A stretch of DNA of 62,619 nucleotides, filler included, from Sphacelaria rigidula (lineage: Eukaryota): NCBI GenBank assembly GCA_964200075.2. It is 11 parts of 11 records of this genome, joined end to end, with 100 filler letters (N's around TTAATTAATTAA, not from the genome) between each part and the next. Parts side by side here need not be neighbours in the genome. Positions count along the whole stretch, not along the records: positions 34,214 to 39,815 come from CAXNAA020025960.1; positions 39,916 to 45,516 come from CAXNAA020025961.1; positions 45,617 to 51,217 come from CAXNAA020025962.1; 8 more parts are not named here. The stretch is one strand, 5' to 3'. How positions within the stretch are numbered: the stretch's first letter is position 1; every line of letters starts with the position of its first letter. The translations under genes and the position numbers were made by a program. The notes below the pieces were generated by a model. That model was given only the letters and a program-made list of their open reading frames with translations. It ran no database searches and had not been told where the DNA came from. Below are positions 36,681 to 49,930 of the stretch, piece by piece.

Positions 36681-36928
36681 GACGCTTTCTACGATAGCCC
36701 CCCCCCAAAACTAGCCCAGAAGTGTCACGAAAAAGATTGCCATAGAGCGCCTGATGTTTGGGCTCAGGCTGCATGAAGCGCCTCATATTGGCAACATTGG
36801 CGAGAACGAGCCCAAGCGTGCGAATTCCCAGCTGCTCGTTGTGCTCGGCTTTTCCCATTTCGATTTACGTGGAGATTTTGCCTTCAAAAACTATGCACAC
36901 TTTTGGGCGGGGCTATCGTAGAAGTGTC
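36681..36928. mobile_element. MITE family A, 4-bp TSD TTTT
   Basis: GACGCTTTCTACGATAGCCCCCCCCCAAAA...TTTTGGGCGGGGCTATCGTAGAAGTGTC, flanked by TTTT. Confidence 0.85.
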
Positions 36929-37504
36929 TTTTGTTGGGCTCGGATACGGGCGTGCGTGGTGTGCAACGCACACAAATGATTTTGAATTTCACTTGAAGTC
37001 CGATATCGCGTGGGCTGGCGGGATCGTGTTTGCACACACATGAGAAGAACAACTAGCAGTGTGGTGGTAGCAACCAGCGCCACCTGTTTGTGTGCGTCAA
37101 TGTTGCGGCGAGGTTGGAGAAAATGCAGTAGCAATGAATCATGATAAACTGTGGACGAGAGCGATGCTACGGTAGTGGCGGTGCACAATTTTTTCCGAGG
37201 TTGAAATTGTTAGGAGCCCTTGATCTCATCCAAAACATGACTTTTAAAGATATGTGAGAGTACGCGAGGATTACTATCATCCTGTCCCAGGGATTTTCCC
37301 GAATGAATTTGCAAACGGGGATGCCCTGACCCATATTCTTGTGCATCTAAAATCGTTATAGAAGCCCCTGAATCAGACAAGATTGTGCGCAAAAAGTGCA
37401 ACCCTACCGTAGCATTGCTCACAAGAGAACACCTTGTCGGTTCCAAATTATAAAGTGACCGTAACATCCTCTGTAGGGTTTGCAGACAATGAAAGACAAG
37501 GAAA

Positions 37505-38034
37505 GAGTCATCCTACGATAGGGGGGGGTATTTTGGGCCATTTCTTGCACGAAATTCCGGGTCAAATCGTCCTTAAAAGCAGCAACAACGGTTGCTCCAA
37601 CAAGCTTGTTACAAATACACAACGCTCATTGGTGCCGATTGACATCGTTTTGAACCAAATACAAGCGCACCGCGGGTAAGAAGGTTTTCGTGAGATTGAG
37701 ATTTGGGTGCGGATTGAGAGTGGCTTCAATCATTCGCTTTCACTTGGTCAATTTTTTATTCCGTGTGTGCTGTTCGTCTCATCGCTGCCATGTGCTTACA
37801 GCTACACGTTGGTATGGCAAGCCACTACAGATAGAATATTGGGCCTGGTGGAGGTGCATTTCGGAACTGCAACGGCTTATTCGCTACTTGACCGCTTTTC
37901 ACTCTCGATCGTATCTTCAACTCTCAAATTCACGAAAATGTTGTTGGGTGTGGCAGGTCGTCTGACACGCTTATAAGCATTTTTTTCGTACGATCGAATA
38001 CTCCTCCCCCCCCCCCCCCATCGAGGGATGACTC
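37505..38034. mobile_element. MITE family B (TSD GAAA) containing a nested family C MITE
   Basis: GAAA|GAGTCATCCTACGATAGGGG...CCCCATCGAGGGATGACTC|GAAA. Confidence 0.85.
37678..37945. mobile_element. MITE family C, 4-bp TSD GGGT
   Basis: GGGT|AAGAAGGTTTTCGTGAGATTGAGA...TCTCAAATTCACGAAAATGTTGTT|GGGT; it splits the host motif CGCGGGTGTGGCAGG. Confidence 0.85.
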
Positions 38035-40229
38035 GAAACCCACCAAAAGAAACATTCGCCAGCAGAATAATCACCAGCAAGCAACGAAACGATGAGATGG
38101 AGTAGCAGTGCCAGTTTCGAGAGACTGGCCTGGAGGGTCGTGTGCAAGTCCACCACCAGTTGCTATCATTGGCCGGCCTCTCTTTTTCAACCTGCAACAG
38201 TACAGAGTATGTAGAGAGGAGTAAGGGAGAGCTGTCCCATCCAACGATACACCTCTTTCCGTCTTCCCCGCTACCCGCCGTACCTCGCAACACGGCATTC
38301 ACGTGTACACATGTACGGTAGAAACCGTTCCCACACGAAATTCATCCCGGTGACGTTGTTTGTTGACATACACGATTGATTGCGGACACGAAGTTGGGAC
38401 GCAGCATTATCATGGTGGAGCACGAGTTATCAAGGCTTCAGCTCAGGCCGGAGCGACCGTTCTCGACTAACCGCCGAAAGCGATGATCGACACCTCGCCT
38501 TTGTCCACGCAGACAGAGCCTACTTGCGATATGATGATGGGGATCGGGAATTAGGGGGGGGGGGGGGTCCAGTCTTTTTTTCATCCATGGATGAAGAAAA
38601 AAAGCGCCGAGTGATATTGCGAATGAAGGATCACAACACGAATTTAGACCTCATCGCTGCCGGAGGGGTCAAATTAAACCTATATCTCGTTCCTAGCCTC
38701 AAGATGACCATCCGGACAACGGCTACCCGCTATCCAAGCCCTAGTGGTCATCCTCTACCAGAGAATCCGGCAGTTCCCTTCTATCGCTCACGTCACCTCT
38801 ACTTATTCTGCTGAAGACGTAGACATGCGCACGACGCTACCGGGTTATATACCGCAGCGCATTCTATTCCGACACACACAAGGACAGCGGGACGAAAACA
38901 ACAAAACGAACAAAATAACACGGAGCCGGAGCCGGAGCCGGAGCCAAATTAACATCTTGCAACGCACCGAGAAAGAAGGAAAACAATCTTAAACGATCGT
39001 ATGAGCGAGTACAGCGAAAAGTCTGCAAAAATTGCGAAACTGCTCCACCAGATCTACGAACGAACTTACATATTTTTCCCGTTTCTCGCCCCCCCCTCCC
39101 CCCCCTCAAGGGGGAAGCCATATCAGGGTGATGCTATACCGTGTGTCCAATTGATGGTCGCTGGTCAACCTTCACATCCCCTCCTCATCCCCTCCCGAAG
39201 TTCCCATTAATGAACAAAGCACATGTGAGTAGACCTGCGCCAGCCTCTATACGAGATCTCCTCAAGAGCCCTACCGCGATATTATCTCTAGATATTTACC
39301 GCCTTCGCACGGAGGCCTTTGTGCCGTTGAACGAGGTCTCCATTTGTGATTTTTTGTCGAACATAAACATGCGCTGGGTGTTTGCACGGCGTGCTAAATC
39401 CGGGCAATGGTGTTCCACGCACTTTCGGCGCCGGCCGTCTTCCCGGAATTCGACATGGACCAAGCCCCCCCCCCCGCTGCGAGACCGCCCGCAGCCAAAG
39501 CGCAAACAGAGTAGGGTATATGGGCGATGGTTGACCGGGACGATTGCTCTTCTCCGCCCGAAAACGGTAGCAATTGTACTTGAGCGAATCGAAGCAGAGC
39601 TATAATCACGCTTCCCTCTAGCTTAGTCGGCAAGCTTGAAGCTTGACGCCTTAGAACAAGCCGTACCACCCCTTCTTTTTCTGTTTCTTGGTGTCGTCTT
39701 GCAGCTCGTTAAGCAGGCGGTTCTTCTTGTCTTCCGCATTTTCCTGGGAGGGGCGGAGCGGAGGGGGAAGGGGTGCGCGCGCGCGGGGGGAGAGGGTTCT
39801 CATGATCATGCATGCNNNNNNNNNNNNNNNNNNNNNNNNNNNNNNNNNNNNNNNNNNNNTTAATTAATTAANNNNNNNNNNNNNNNNNNNNNNNNNNNNN
39901 NNNNNNNNNNNNNNNAGGTATGCGAGGTCAATGGTCTGATGACTATGGCATGCAAGATCATGAGTACACCCCGTCCCAGACCAGCTCCAAAACTCTCACG
40001 AAGAAAATGGGCATATAGCGCATGATAGCTGGCTTCAGACTTCAAGAAGCCCATCATGTGGGTAACGTTGACGGAAACGATCTCAAGCACGTGAGTTTCC
40101 AGTTGCTCGGTGTGCTCGGCGTTCGTCGTTTTCATTCGCCTGTAGATTCTGCCTCTTGAAACAAGCCATTTTTTCTTGGAGGGACTACTCGTACCGCGAC
40201 ATCACTCTTCGGTGGTCAAAGGCGTTGGC

Positions 40230-40500
40230 CGTTTGACCGTCAGAAAGGGGTGACTAAACGTGTCGAATTTTAATTCATCATCCTCACGCAAAAGTAGACG
40301 TGAGACTCGGAGAACAGATTTACCCACCCTGGCGGACTGGAAGAGTTTGAAACATTCTATAAAGGGGTTGACCGTTCGACCGTCAAAAGGGGATGATTAA
40401 ATATGTCGAATTTTAATTTATTATTTTCACAGAAAAAGTAGACAGGAGACCCAGAGAACAGATTCGCCCACCCTGACCGATTGAAAGAGTTTAAGCACTT
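40230..40500. repeat. two-unit ~140-bp tandem repeat
   Basis: CCGTTTGACCGTCA...GTCGAATTTTAATT...AAAGTAGAC...GAGAACAGATT...CCCACCCTG occurs twice. Confidence 0.8.
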
Positions 40501-40585
40501 TTGTAGTTTCTCATTATCAGTAACGCTTCGCTACTGTTGTCTGTACAACCAACTTGTTGTATTATACATGATACTCTTGTCACAG

Positions 40586-42769
40586 GAGTGTTCGATCGTT
40601 ACGAGTCCGCTGGAGCCGGAGCGGCCTTGGGTACGCTGCCGCAGCGATCGCTTTCCCCCGCCCGTGCGGGCAAGCGCGCCCGACCACTGTCGTATCTCCA
40701 ACCTTCGTCGTCGTCATCATCGTTTTCGTCTCCGAGTGGCCAGAATCAAGGGTTATTCGGATTCAAGCCATCGAACCCGTCGTCTTTAGCCGGCAAAGAT
40801 AGCAGGGCAGAACAGGAAGTGACGGGTCTTAGACGCGAGGTATGGATGTGCCTGGATTTAGACCATTTTTCATCGCAAACAATCCGTTGTTGTACAGATA
40901 TGGGCACTTCAGCCCGTCTACAGGCGATTTTCTCCCGTGCATTCATTTTTCGGACCCCCAGTCCGTTTATCAACGTTTTTCGCCCAGCGCTGAGGAAGCC
41001 GGATCATTTCTGCTTTGCTCTGGACGTTGACTTTTGGTTCATCACGTTTCTTCTCAGATTGGGAGTCTCCCGCATTTCCCTCGATTTGGGCCCCCAATTC
41101 GAGGGGAAATGCGCGAGTCTCTCGATTTGAGGGCGTGTCTTAGCTCATCAGTGTTGGATCGGAAAAGTGCGGTAGAATACAAACATCCCGATCTGTTGGG
41201 TGGTGATTTAAACCATCTTCGAAATAAACTACGAGAGCTGAAATCACAATCAATCAGATCGAAGTTTTCCATTTGCACCGCTCATTTTAGATCGAAAAAT
41301 AGTGTGCTGACACACACCCTGAGCAGAAAGGTGGTGAACCAAACGTTAACGTCTAGAGAATCGGAGAATTGATCTGGCTTTCACAGAGCTAGGTGAAGAA
41401 CATCGGTCAACGGACTGGGGTACGAAAAATCAATCCACGGGGGGAAATCGCCTGTAAACGGGACGAAATGCTCATATTCGTACAGAGACGAATTGGTATC
41501 CATGGAAAATGGCTTCCACACGCTTAGGCTTGCTATTGGATATATAACCCCCCAAATGATGGGAGCCCTTTCACCTCAAGTGATACGCCAGGTCCAATTC
41601 CTTGTGCCGCTCCTGTACTGGTGTATGGTGGTCACACGTTGGCTACCAACAGTCTCGTCGTATTGACGCAAATCGGGTCGTACGGATGATCAAAATTCCA
41701 TAATCATACTTGTATAAAAAAATATATATATATATATTTTTTGTGTGAACATGACGTATAGGTGGGCGCCCTTCGTGCGCATGCGTCGGAGAAGGAGGGT
41801 GAACTGGCGGTGGCGAAGGAAGAAAACGCACGCCTTCGCGACGGTGTGGGCATGTACCAGAAGGAGCTGGAGCGCTTGACCAGCGAGAACCGTATCCTCA
41901 AGCGCGCGGTGGGAATCCAAAACAACAAGGGCAAAGAGGTGTGTGTGCGTGTGTGTACGTGTACATGTACATTGATTCTGGATGCGAACACCCTCTGGTG
42001 CATATGGGCGTACCAGCCGGGGTCACACAGGAAGAAATTCACACCGAAGTTTGCTCTCTTTTTTTTCTTCTTTACTTCCAGTTTGTATCCCTACAATAAA
42101 TACCTTGACTGACTGATGTTGAGGAAGAGGAAGAACGGAAGCGGTAAAAAAGGGGGAAACATGAAATAGACGCACGAAGGGGATAATGACGAACGCATCT
42201 GTGGGATGCCTCTTGGCTACTCTAGCGTGGCCAGCATCTTGACTTGGAATGCGGCAGGGGTGTTGTTTGACGGGCTCAACGATGAGATGAGGTCCACACG
42301 TGCCGGACAATATTTCGGCACACTGCTGCTGAATCTTGATCAGTATACAGTGGTTGAAAACAGGCGTTGATTGGTGTTCGTGTTTAATATTTGCGAGTAC
42401 ACGTGAAACAGGAAGACAGTCGATGTATTGATATTTTCTGCGAATGCATACACGTTAAGGATATCGTGTAGAGTCCACAATCATGCTCAACCGTCGCAGA
42501 AACGGTCCGCGGAGCACATATACTTCCTATGCACGGCGCGCCTTACCCCCCTTCCCCTCCCCCCCACCTCCTTCTCCAAAAACACGAATGAACCGGACAA
42601 GCAGTTGGAAAACCAGCTGCACAACCTTCAGCAGACGGCGGGGCAGGCGGCGGAATACATTAAGCGCCTCGAACAGACCAACTACGCGCTTTCCGTCCGC
42701 GTGCAGGCGATGGGCAACTCGGGGTCGAACGACTTCTTGGGTGGACAGCGCCCCCCGGACGTCTACTGA
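40586..42769 (+). CDS. 3' exons (40586-40839, 41762-41938, 42605-42769) of a coiled-coil protein resembling the C-terminus of plant CUE-domain proteins
   Basis: Canonical splice sites; joins ...GLRRE|VGALR...ENRILKRAVGIQNNKGKE|LENQL...LEQTNYALSVRVQ...RPPDVY*. This resembles the recalled plant signature ENxILKRAVxIQ...LExxNYAL...PDVF. Confidence 0.85.
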
Positions 42770-44749
42770 ACCCGCCAACACCGTCGCGAAATGAACATTA
42801 GATCCCGCAACATTGCTTGGGATAAGAATCGGAGTGCAAAAAGGAGGGATCATCTTCCTTCCTTATTTGTTCCACGGATGAAAGAAAAACACCAAAACCA
42901 TCGCCACATTTGACAATAGGGTCCCGTAACATTGCTCGGGGTGAGAATTTGAGTGCAAAAAGGAGGGACATTCTTCTTGCTTTCTCTTTTAATCCGTCGA
43001 TAAAAAGAAACGAAATCGTTTCCTTCTTCTGCACGACGACAATAACTGCAAAACTTCGGTTGTGGTCCTGTAGTGTTTGTGGCAGCTGAATGACAACAAA
43101 AAGCGAGGAAGAGAAGCTCACAAGGAGCTGGAGGTGAGGGGAAGGGAGAATGACGGCGCTGATGATATCTGACGATGCTTGACGTTTGATCACGGATTCT
43201 CTGCAAAGCAGTTCAAGTGATGCATGCGTGTGGAAGTGCGGGGAGAAGTTCCTTTGTTGACAAGGGCGGTTAGATGGTGTGCCCCTCAAGCAAGACGCCG
43301 ATACTGCGTGTGATATGTTGAAACAAGGACTGAGAAGGAATGCGGCAGGGGTACGGCTTTATTGGTGGGGTGGGTCGGGGGTGTATTCATGTTCATGCAT
43401 GCCATAGTCATGAGACCGTTGGCCTCCCATCCCTACAAAGCCGGGACGGAGCACGCGTGGGGTGGCGTGAGGGGGGAGGGGGGGGCATGTGCATGCATAA
43501 GAATATGTTGATTTTGTCTCGGGCAGTGGGTAGGTCGAGTAATCTTCGTGTACGGCACATCAAGCAAGTGCTACGTCAAGTCTCATTCGTTCATATTTTG
43601 GGTTACACTCTCGGTTTTCGTGGCCGAAAACATTCAACGCGTACCTTCGTCAAGCGCAAAAATGACTGTTACTTCTAACCCCCGTGCTGCTGCCCGATCC
43701 TCGAGGCACCAAACTTTTCGGGAGGACCGTTCCGTACATACGTGGCGTGATGAATCACCAATCTTTATTTTTTTGTGTGTGTGGTTTTTTGTCATTGAGG
43801 AATATTTTCGCTGATCGGGGTGGCTTACTATGGTTTTCCACGATTTCACGGAGATCAGGCGCACATTTAGTCTCGATGGATGAGCTTGACGCACAGGAAT
43901 CAATTATTTGTTTGTGTGTGGTAGCGGTGCTGGTTGCTGTTGATTTTCGTGGGGCAAGCATACGGTGTGCCTGTGTTTTACAGGTAATGACAGCGCTTCT
44001 TGTAAGTTCTGTCGGAAGTGCGTGTGCACCGTTTTTCTGTGGCATGACTTCTTCGCTCTGTGTTTCTCTTGTTGCGGTGCTGTTGTGTCGTGTGGTGTTG
44101 ATGAATGTGGGTGGCACAGAAACCAGCCGGTAGATCGTGCTCATGCGGCGGTCGAGAAACTTGGTGTTTGCACACTAAGTTGTACAGTAGTCGTGTGCGC
44201 TTCGCGCCCGCGTCAAGCATCCGAGCGGACGTGCCTTTGGTTGCTGTGTAATGGTGGAAACATGTAGCGTGTGTCAATACGAGTAGTAGCGGTCGGTGCA
44301 CTGGTACTCATTTTATTTTTCGAAGAAAATATACTTTATTAAGGGCGTTTGTGAACACCTCGAACAATTTTTATTTTTTGTAGGATACCTCTCTTGTCTC
44401 CGTTATATCGACTGCCTTTCGATTATCTGGCATGAAAGCGATGACATGGATACAACGTACTGCTGGGCTTCTTTCGGCGTCGAGGACTTTCTGTGACATG
44501 CGACATGTAAGGACAACAAGATAACAGGGCCCGTATGGCCAATTCTTTTTCAGACATGTTGACTGGTGATGATCTGACCGCTCCCCGTCGCAAACCAGCC
44601 CCACAATTATCATGAACAAAAATGGCCACATAGCACATGGTAAATGGTTGAAGAGTGCACCTCATACGGGCGACATCGACAAAAACGATCGCAAGCGTGG
44701 GAGTCCCCAACTGCTCGGTGTGCTCACCGGTGTCATTTTGATGTGCACG

Positions 44750-45044
44750 TACCGATGTTCTCGTGAGATTGAGAGTGGAGGATTCGATTGAGAGTGACAC
44801 GCGGTCAATTAGTAAATTAATCATTTCAGTTCCGAAATGCCCCTCCACGAGGCCCAATATGCTCTCCGTAGTAGCTTGCCATTGAGGCCCTTGATAAATT
44901 CTAGTAGGATATCGACGTGTAGCTGTAAGCACACGACATTGGTGGGGGCAAAGAGGAGCACACACGGGATGAAAAATTGGCTAAGTTGAAGGGAATGATG
45001 GAAGCCACTCTCCATCAAGCGCTCTATCTCATTCAAACGCTGTT
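44750..45044. mobile_element. family C MITE nested in a decayed family-A-core element (~44580-45095)
   Basis: TGTTCTCGTGAGATTGAGAG start; the interior is the reverse-orientation homologue of 37678-37945. Confidence 0.65.
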
Positions 45045-46355
45045 GAATGTATATTTCCCCTCCTCCTCAAACCAGCCACTTTTTTTCTGGAGAGCGCTGT
45101 TGCTACATCAGTCTTGTGCTCGGTGTTGTAATATATTCTGGCCAAACTGTGCACAGGGCAAGACACCCGAGGATGAACTAGTGACGACACTGCCGATCGA
45201 AAATTTTATCTCGTGCTGCAGTAGTGTCGTACTGCAATCCATACTGTTGTGGTGAACATGGACATCTTCCTCCTATTGCTTCTCCTGATTTGGGGATACA
45301 TCGTATCTGGAGCTCGGGAGAAAAGGACGCACTCACGTTGAACACATTAACCCTTTTGGGACCGGACCCCCACTAACACAGGGTTGACCCTGTGTTAGTG
45401 GAATAATAAAAATATATGTCTTCGAGCGCCCTACCCAATCACAGCGAGGCGAAATTCATCGACCAGACCCGAATGACCAGCGCGGAGATTGCTGCCGGAT
45501 GTGATGCCACTGCAAANNNNNNNNNNNNNNNNNNNNNNNNNNNNNNNNNNNNNNNNNNNNTTAATTAATTAANNNNNNNNNNNNNNNNNNNNNNNNNNNN
45601 NNNNNNNNNNNNNNNNCTTCGTAGGGATGCGAGGCCAATGGTAATATTTACTACGGCATACAAGATCATGAGTCCCCCCCCCCCCCCCCGTTCCCGTCTG
45701 TCAAATATTGATCATATCGCGGGTCAGAGTCCAGTCCCAAGTTGTGGGAGTGGGATCAAGTCTCCCAGGGGCAGCTCAGCGCTTATTGGTGGAGCCACTC
45801 CAAGTTTGCAGAATATATAGGAATCCGGATGATCAAGTGAGTACGCCTCCCCCTCGTACTCGATGCTGCTGCTTCCCCAGGTCGACTGGATAAGCTACAA
45901 TGGTTGGGGCATGCACGTCCCGGAGGGGTATTTCCGATTCGAAACTGGGCCGGACTCGTTTGTGGAGGAACTGAGGAGGCTAGGGGGAGAGGAGGACGTC
46001 AGGGCCTGGTGAGGGACAAATCGATCGCCAAGGGGATGGTGGGATGGGGTGGCAATCCACGGACACGAGCAAGCACGAACTCTGTGTTTTTTGTATTTCT
46101 GCAGGGATATAGCGTATTTTCGTGAAAGTCAAAACGACGAAAGCAAGCAATACACTACGTCTTGATATCTTCATGTATCTCGATATATATATATATATGT
46201 ATGTATAAACATATATTGCAGGAAATGGGATGCTTTTTTTTTTGTCCCGTAAAGAAAAATCAAAAGGAGTCAAATAAAAATGAATCGCGTGACACAAGCA
46301 CCATACTATACTCTGTGTATATGTCTATATGTGCCCGCTTTTTGAACATATGCAG

Positions 46356-46500
46356 GAACGAGTTGACGGCATTAATGAGACCGTTACTCCGAGCGGCAGC
46401 GGCTATTCCCCCGCTGGCTCTGCGAGGAGACTACTGGGCGCCGTTCACCCTTCTCCCGTACTTGGTCGACGCCTTGAGGCACGCTGGACCCGGGGTGCAG
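46356..46500 (+). CDS. single exon of a carotenoid isomerase (CRTISO)-like / phytoene desaturase-family FAD oxidoreductase
   Basis: TGCAG acceptor and CAG|GTGCG donor; NELTALMRPLLRAAAAIPPLALRGDYWAPFTLLPY resembles the recalled PL..AA.A.PPL..RGD segment of CRTISO-like proteins. Confidence 0.6.
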
Positions 46501-48461
46501 GTGCGTGGTCATTCATTTTGATCAATTGAAACACTATAATTGAGGGATTATGGATGATGGTTGGATTGGTTGGTTGGTTGATTGATTGATCGTTGGGTTG
46601 ATTGATTGATCGTTTGGTTGATTGATTGATCGGTTGATCCATTGATTAAGGGTTGTGCCCTCTGTAGGGTGTACCGGCTGGAATTTGGGTACGGTGATTT
46701 ACGAAAGCATCAAAGAGGTATTTATTTCTGTCGGTAAAGGCCCCTTTCGAACCATCCTGGAGTGTTCGGAACGGGGGTCGATACCCTACCCAACCATACT
46801 GAAATGTTCGATACACATTCCGGTATGGCTTAGCGAAGGGGATTTTACCCTTCTCCACAATCCCCCTTTTTATAAAAAGACCGCTGATTGGTCGCTGCGT
46901 TCCCCCCCCCCCCCCACCCAATTTTCCCCCCCCGAAACGTGCACAGCAATCCCTTTTTGTGAGGGGATTTCAGGAAGTGCAATAACACTTCCTGTTTTTT
47001 CTTTCCTTTTCAAACGGGCATTTCCGGACACCTCGAAGGGGAACATACATGTCCGGTTGACAGGGGCATATGCAAAGGCTCACCACACAACCCAACACAA
47101 TCAGAGCTGAGCCTGAGGAACTTGGTGCCCCCGCAAACCAGAAATACACAGTTCAAGCTGTAGCTGCTCATCAGCTGAGCAGGTTGTGCGAGACCTTGCT
47201 CAGCTCCGTTCAGAATTCATTGAGAAATAATGGTTTGTGTGAGACGCGCGGACAGCACACGCTTACACAACGGTCAGCAACGACCCGTTTTCGGTTGTCT
47301 TTGACACGCACGCGGCCGCCATTCGTCCAATGCTGAACGGAATTCCGTCAAACAAAGACTGCCGTGTGTAGATTAGCAAGGGCTAGCGGTGAAACTAATG
47401 CGCGTGAGTGGTGGGTGTCCGTGCGTGTTTTTTCGGGGCTGGGTGTGTAGGTGTTGTGTGTCCTTGGTGCGTCTTGTCTGTAGCATTACAGAGACCTTGG
47501 ACTAACGACCACTTTCAGACCCGCCGCATTTCTGAACCTGCGTGCAGATCTAGGGTCCGATCTGTACAAAACTGCTTTTTGACAGGACTCAGAACTGGTC
47601 GTTATGGGGCCAATCTCCTATCTAAAAGGGGATTGTTAAAAAAGGGAAAAATTCCTTTCGATAAGAAGGGCCCTCAAGTAGGCCAACCGAAATCCCTTAC
47701 TTGTGGGTATATTCTACAGAACACAGCCTTAAAATGTTCATCTTGATTGGGTGTTGCGCTTCCGTGTGCTAGTTGTTGCTGTACAACTCGTCCAGTGCTC
47801 GTTCTTGTGAAACGCTTTCGGGTGTACCTTGTTGTTGTTGTTGCTGTTGTGCATGATGTGTTTGGCTCATGCATTCATGCAGCCTAACTTTTCCGCGTTT
47901 AAAAAAAGATTTGTAGGTGTGTGTACAAACAGGTATGAGGTAGCGCCATTACTTACTGCAAAAGCCTTTCAGTTGGCGTGAGGCTCGAAGTCTTATTTTT
48001 TCTATGGGCTACCAACAACTACTACATGAGGTTATGTGTGGGGATCTTACTCAGGCATCACAATTTGTGCTCAAGTTCTTTTAAGGCTCAGATTCTGGAC
48101 TGCCAAGTTTGTGAAGTGGTGGTGCTACCCTTCATTGGTGATTTTTATCGTTTTTGTGTTTGGTTATATGTTATTGTTGCCTTTCCATTCTTTCCCCAAC
48201 CCTGACCGTAACTGTCGCTCGTATGTCTACAAAGTGAGTCCGCGGGCGCAAACAACAACCAACGACCAACCCATGTACACATGTACACGATACTGCCCCC
48301 GATGGTAAAAATATGATTGGTTGGTTGGTTCATTGATTGATTGATTGCCGCACATGAGTTGATCTCGGAGGAATCCAGCAGCGGTCACGAGCACAGATGT
48401 ACCGAAGGCAAACAAAACAGAAACATTCGCTGAAGTAATCTCAACAAATGGAACTGATAAG

Positions 48462-48562
48462 GAAACGCAACGCAACGCAACGCAACAAAACGAAACGAAA
48501 CGAAACGAAACGAAACGAAATGGAACGGAACGGAAGGAAAGGAAAGGAAAGGAAAGGAAAGG
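48462..48562 (+). repeat. compound pentanucleotide microsatellite
   Basis: (AACGC)n, (AAACG)n, (GAACG)n and (GAAAG)n in series. Confidence 0.9.
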
Positions 48563-49930
48563 AAGAATGAAAAAAAAAAACAGAGAAAGAAGAACAGGGA
48601 AGACATGGGAAAAAAATACAAACGAGAAACAGAGCAAACCAAACCAAGCCAAACCAAAACAGAAACACACGAAATAGCATTACAACACTTTCATATCTCA
48701 TACTTTTTTTGCCCCATCACTTGAGGGTAATTACAGTAAAGTTTGTACAGACTCTTGACCGTATCCATATGCTCCTGAATTTTCGCATTGCATTCTTCGG
48801 CGTTTCTTGAGTTGAGCCCAACTTTTTTTTCAAACAGATGTCGCTAACACCACCCTTCTGAACGGCCAGAGGGAAAGAGAGGATCGACCCGAGTATAGCT
48901 CTATTCCGCCCCTTGTCTGGGGGCGATGGAAAATAAATGAAAACACGGTGTAAATATTAAATAAGGCCGTGGTCTCCAGGGAGCAACAACGGAAGCCCAT
49001 CTCTCCCCCGATACAGCACACGCCGTGCAATCTGGTCCCGCGGATTGGATCATGACCATCAGCGAGCAGTTCAGCTCCGCGTCAACTCTCGTGAAGCAAA
49101 CTTAGTCAAGCTCTCCTTATCTACTCACTTCCCCAAGCTTTCAACCACGGAAAATCACATACTGTGAAGGAGAGAACCAAATTAGGGTCGCGATTAACGG
49201 TGCTGTTTTGTTCAGACTTGATTTTTTTTTTTATTCACACCCTGGACAATACAATATGTGTTCAATATATATTAGTCGATCATGTTGAAATTTTGCGATA
49301 TGTTGCCGACGTGATATATATTGGTGACCTTGCACTGCACACGTATTGCGCGCCCAATATACGCTGATGTCATGGGACTGCATACATATTGCTCACCCAA
49401 TATATACTGGTACTTTGGGGTTGAAGACATCTTGTCTCATCAATATATATTTATATATATTTATATATATTTATATATCGAGGCAGTGTGGGCAACAGCA
49501 CTTTACACCGCCAAGATATATATATTAGGGTCGCGTTGGTGAGAACATATTGACCGGTCAATATATTTTGGGTCCACGTGGGTGCCAATGTATTGGCCGG
49601 TCAATACATATTGGATAATGTAAGTATGGTGTACGCTTTAAGGAAGATCCAGACGCAATGGATGCCGGAGCCCGTGCAGATTGGGAAAAGCTTTAAAGGG
49701 AGACGCAGATTTTCGCGTGCAGTACCAGGGAGAGTTGTCGGATGCGTTTGACATACATATGGATGTATATATATATACTGGTCAGAAAATATGGTGACAG
49801 AAGAGGCAACCCGGAAAAATATGCCTCGTGATACCTATCTGGCCACCGGCGAGGGGCCGCCCATCCCTTTCCCAGCATGTATTTAATACATCCTGGCTAA
49901 ACATCACGATGACCGAAAACGCGTGTCGGT

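Noticed and set aside
39296..39745. Possible minus-strand exons (ENAEDKKNRLLNELQDD...; GLVHVEFREDG...)
   Set aside because: Acceptors are plausible, but frame, donors and homology are unresolved.
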